64,000 nucleotides of DNA. Origin: an uncultured Pseudomonadota bacterium. Its GTDB lineage: Bacteria > Pseudomonadota > Alphaproteobacteria > RF32 > CAG-239. A model generated the notes under the pieces. The model did no database searches, was not told the origin of the DNA, and saw nothing but the letters and a program-made list of their open reading frames with translations. The stretch spans positions 7,439 through 71,438 of the forward strand of contig CASGEB010000007.1 in NCBI GenBank assembly GCA_949300375.1, given 5' to 3'. A program made the translations under genes and the position numbers. How positions within the stretch are numbered: position 1 is the first letter of the stretch; each line of letters starts with the position of its first letter. This document shows, piece by piece, positions 63,648-64,000 of this stretch.

Positions 63648-64000
63648 CTACCTGTTTATATAAGATAAAATTGCCATAACCGCAGCTGGGGTTACCCCCG
63701 GAATGCGCGATGCTTCGCCGATTGTCGCCGGACGGACTTTACTGAGTTTGAAAACCATTTCACGCGACAGACCACCGATTTTGCTATAATCTATGTCATT
63801 GCGCAAACGCAAATTTTCGTCTTTTTTGAATATTTGAATATCAGCCAGCTGGCGTTTTAAATATCCGGCATATTTTGCTTCAATTTCTATTTCTTCATAA
63901 ACATCTGCCGGAATCTCTTTTAATTCAGGCCAGATATTCGTTATTGTTTCACGTGAAACACCTTCATAGGACATTACGTTAAAGGCCGTTCTTTTTGTTC
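63648..64000 (-). CDS. mnmG: tRNA uridine 5-carboxymethylaminomethyl modification enzyme MnmG, C-terminal part (gene continues beyond window end)
   Basis: C-terminus ...IEAKYAGYLKRQ...GLSREMVFKLSKVRPATIGEASRIPGVTPAAVMAILSYI matches MnmG. The frame stays open upstream of the track's Met to position 64000. Confidence 0.9.
   Translation of the reverse strand, partial: TKRTAFNVMSYEGVSRETITNIWPELKEIPADVYEEIEIEAKYAGYLKRQLADIQIFKKDENLRLRNDIDYSKIGGLSREMVFKLSKVRPATIGEASRIPGVTPAAVMAILSYINR
63945..63960. repeat. 16-bp perfect palindrome TGTTTCACGTGAAACA (copy in mnmG)
   Basis: Read directly from the sequence. Encodes VSRET, as does the rsmG copy. Confidence 0.9.

Overview
Densely coding, alphaproteobacterium-like chromosomal segment. 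The lineage call rests on gene content and order: mnmG...rsmG-parA-parB, ffs-dnaX-ybaB-recR, an ELM1-family gene, an IalB-like gene, a short C-terminal-only HprK, and EIIA(Man)-HPr. GC looks like roughly 40-45% by eye; I did not compute it.

Most of the window is housekeeping:
- rsmE, cmk, rpsA, two divergent tRNA-Ala genes, gpt, nadE, xth, lolA, rlmN, cca, gyrB
- polA, with its reading frame broken at an A6 run
- a class A PBP, then gpmI-envC-like-ctpA-yibQ-like-rppH
- yraN-rsmI divergent from an lpoA-like gene
- pgpA, cvpA, radA, mlaFE, hprK-tsaE, thyX, a Lon-like protease

I saw no rRNA, CRISPR array, transposase or integrase.

Stretches worth a second look:
1. A five-gene, more AT-rich insertion splits the normally adjacent mnmG and rsmG (59.2-63.6 kb). 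It encodes a PHP phosphoesterase, a divergent MurA-like enolpyruvyl transferase and three tandem HD-domain paralogs. It is bracketed by identical 18-nt copies of a CACGTG-centred palindrome. I cannot match this combination to any described system, so it is my best candidate for something new.
2. A translationally coupled vWA / PP2C phosphatase / membrane-anchored Ser-Thr kinase triad (9.0-11.9 kb) matches the TerY-P architecture.
3. dnaX carries three A8-A9 runs with immediate off-frame stops, suggesting gamma-subunit production by slippage.
4. A 67-bp duplication of the tRNA-Ala(GGC) 3' end plus its terminator brackets a 158-bp structured insert.
5. Two paralogous terminator-capped RNA-like elements lie 3' of rlmN and cvpA. 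The second sits in an 850-bp ORF-poor, hairpin-rich region.

All calls come from reading the supplied ORF translations and the raw sequence. No database search was run. Start codons are often uncertain by a few codons.
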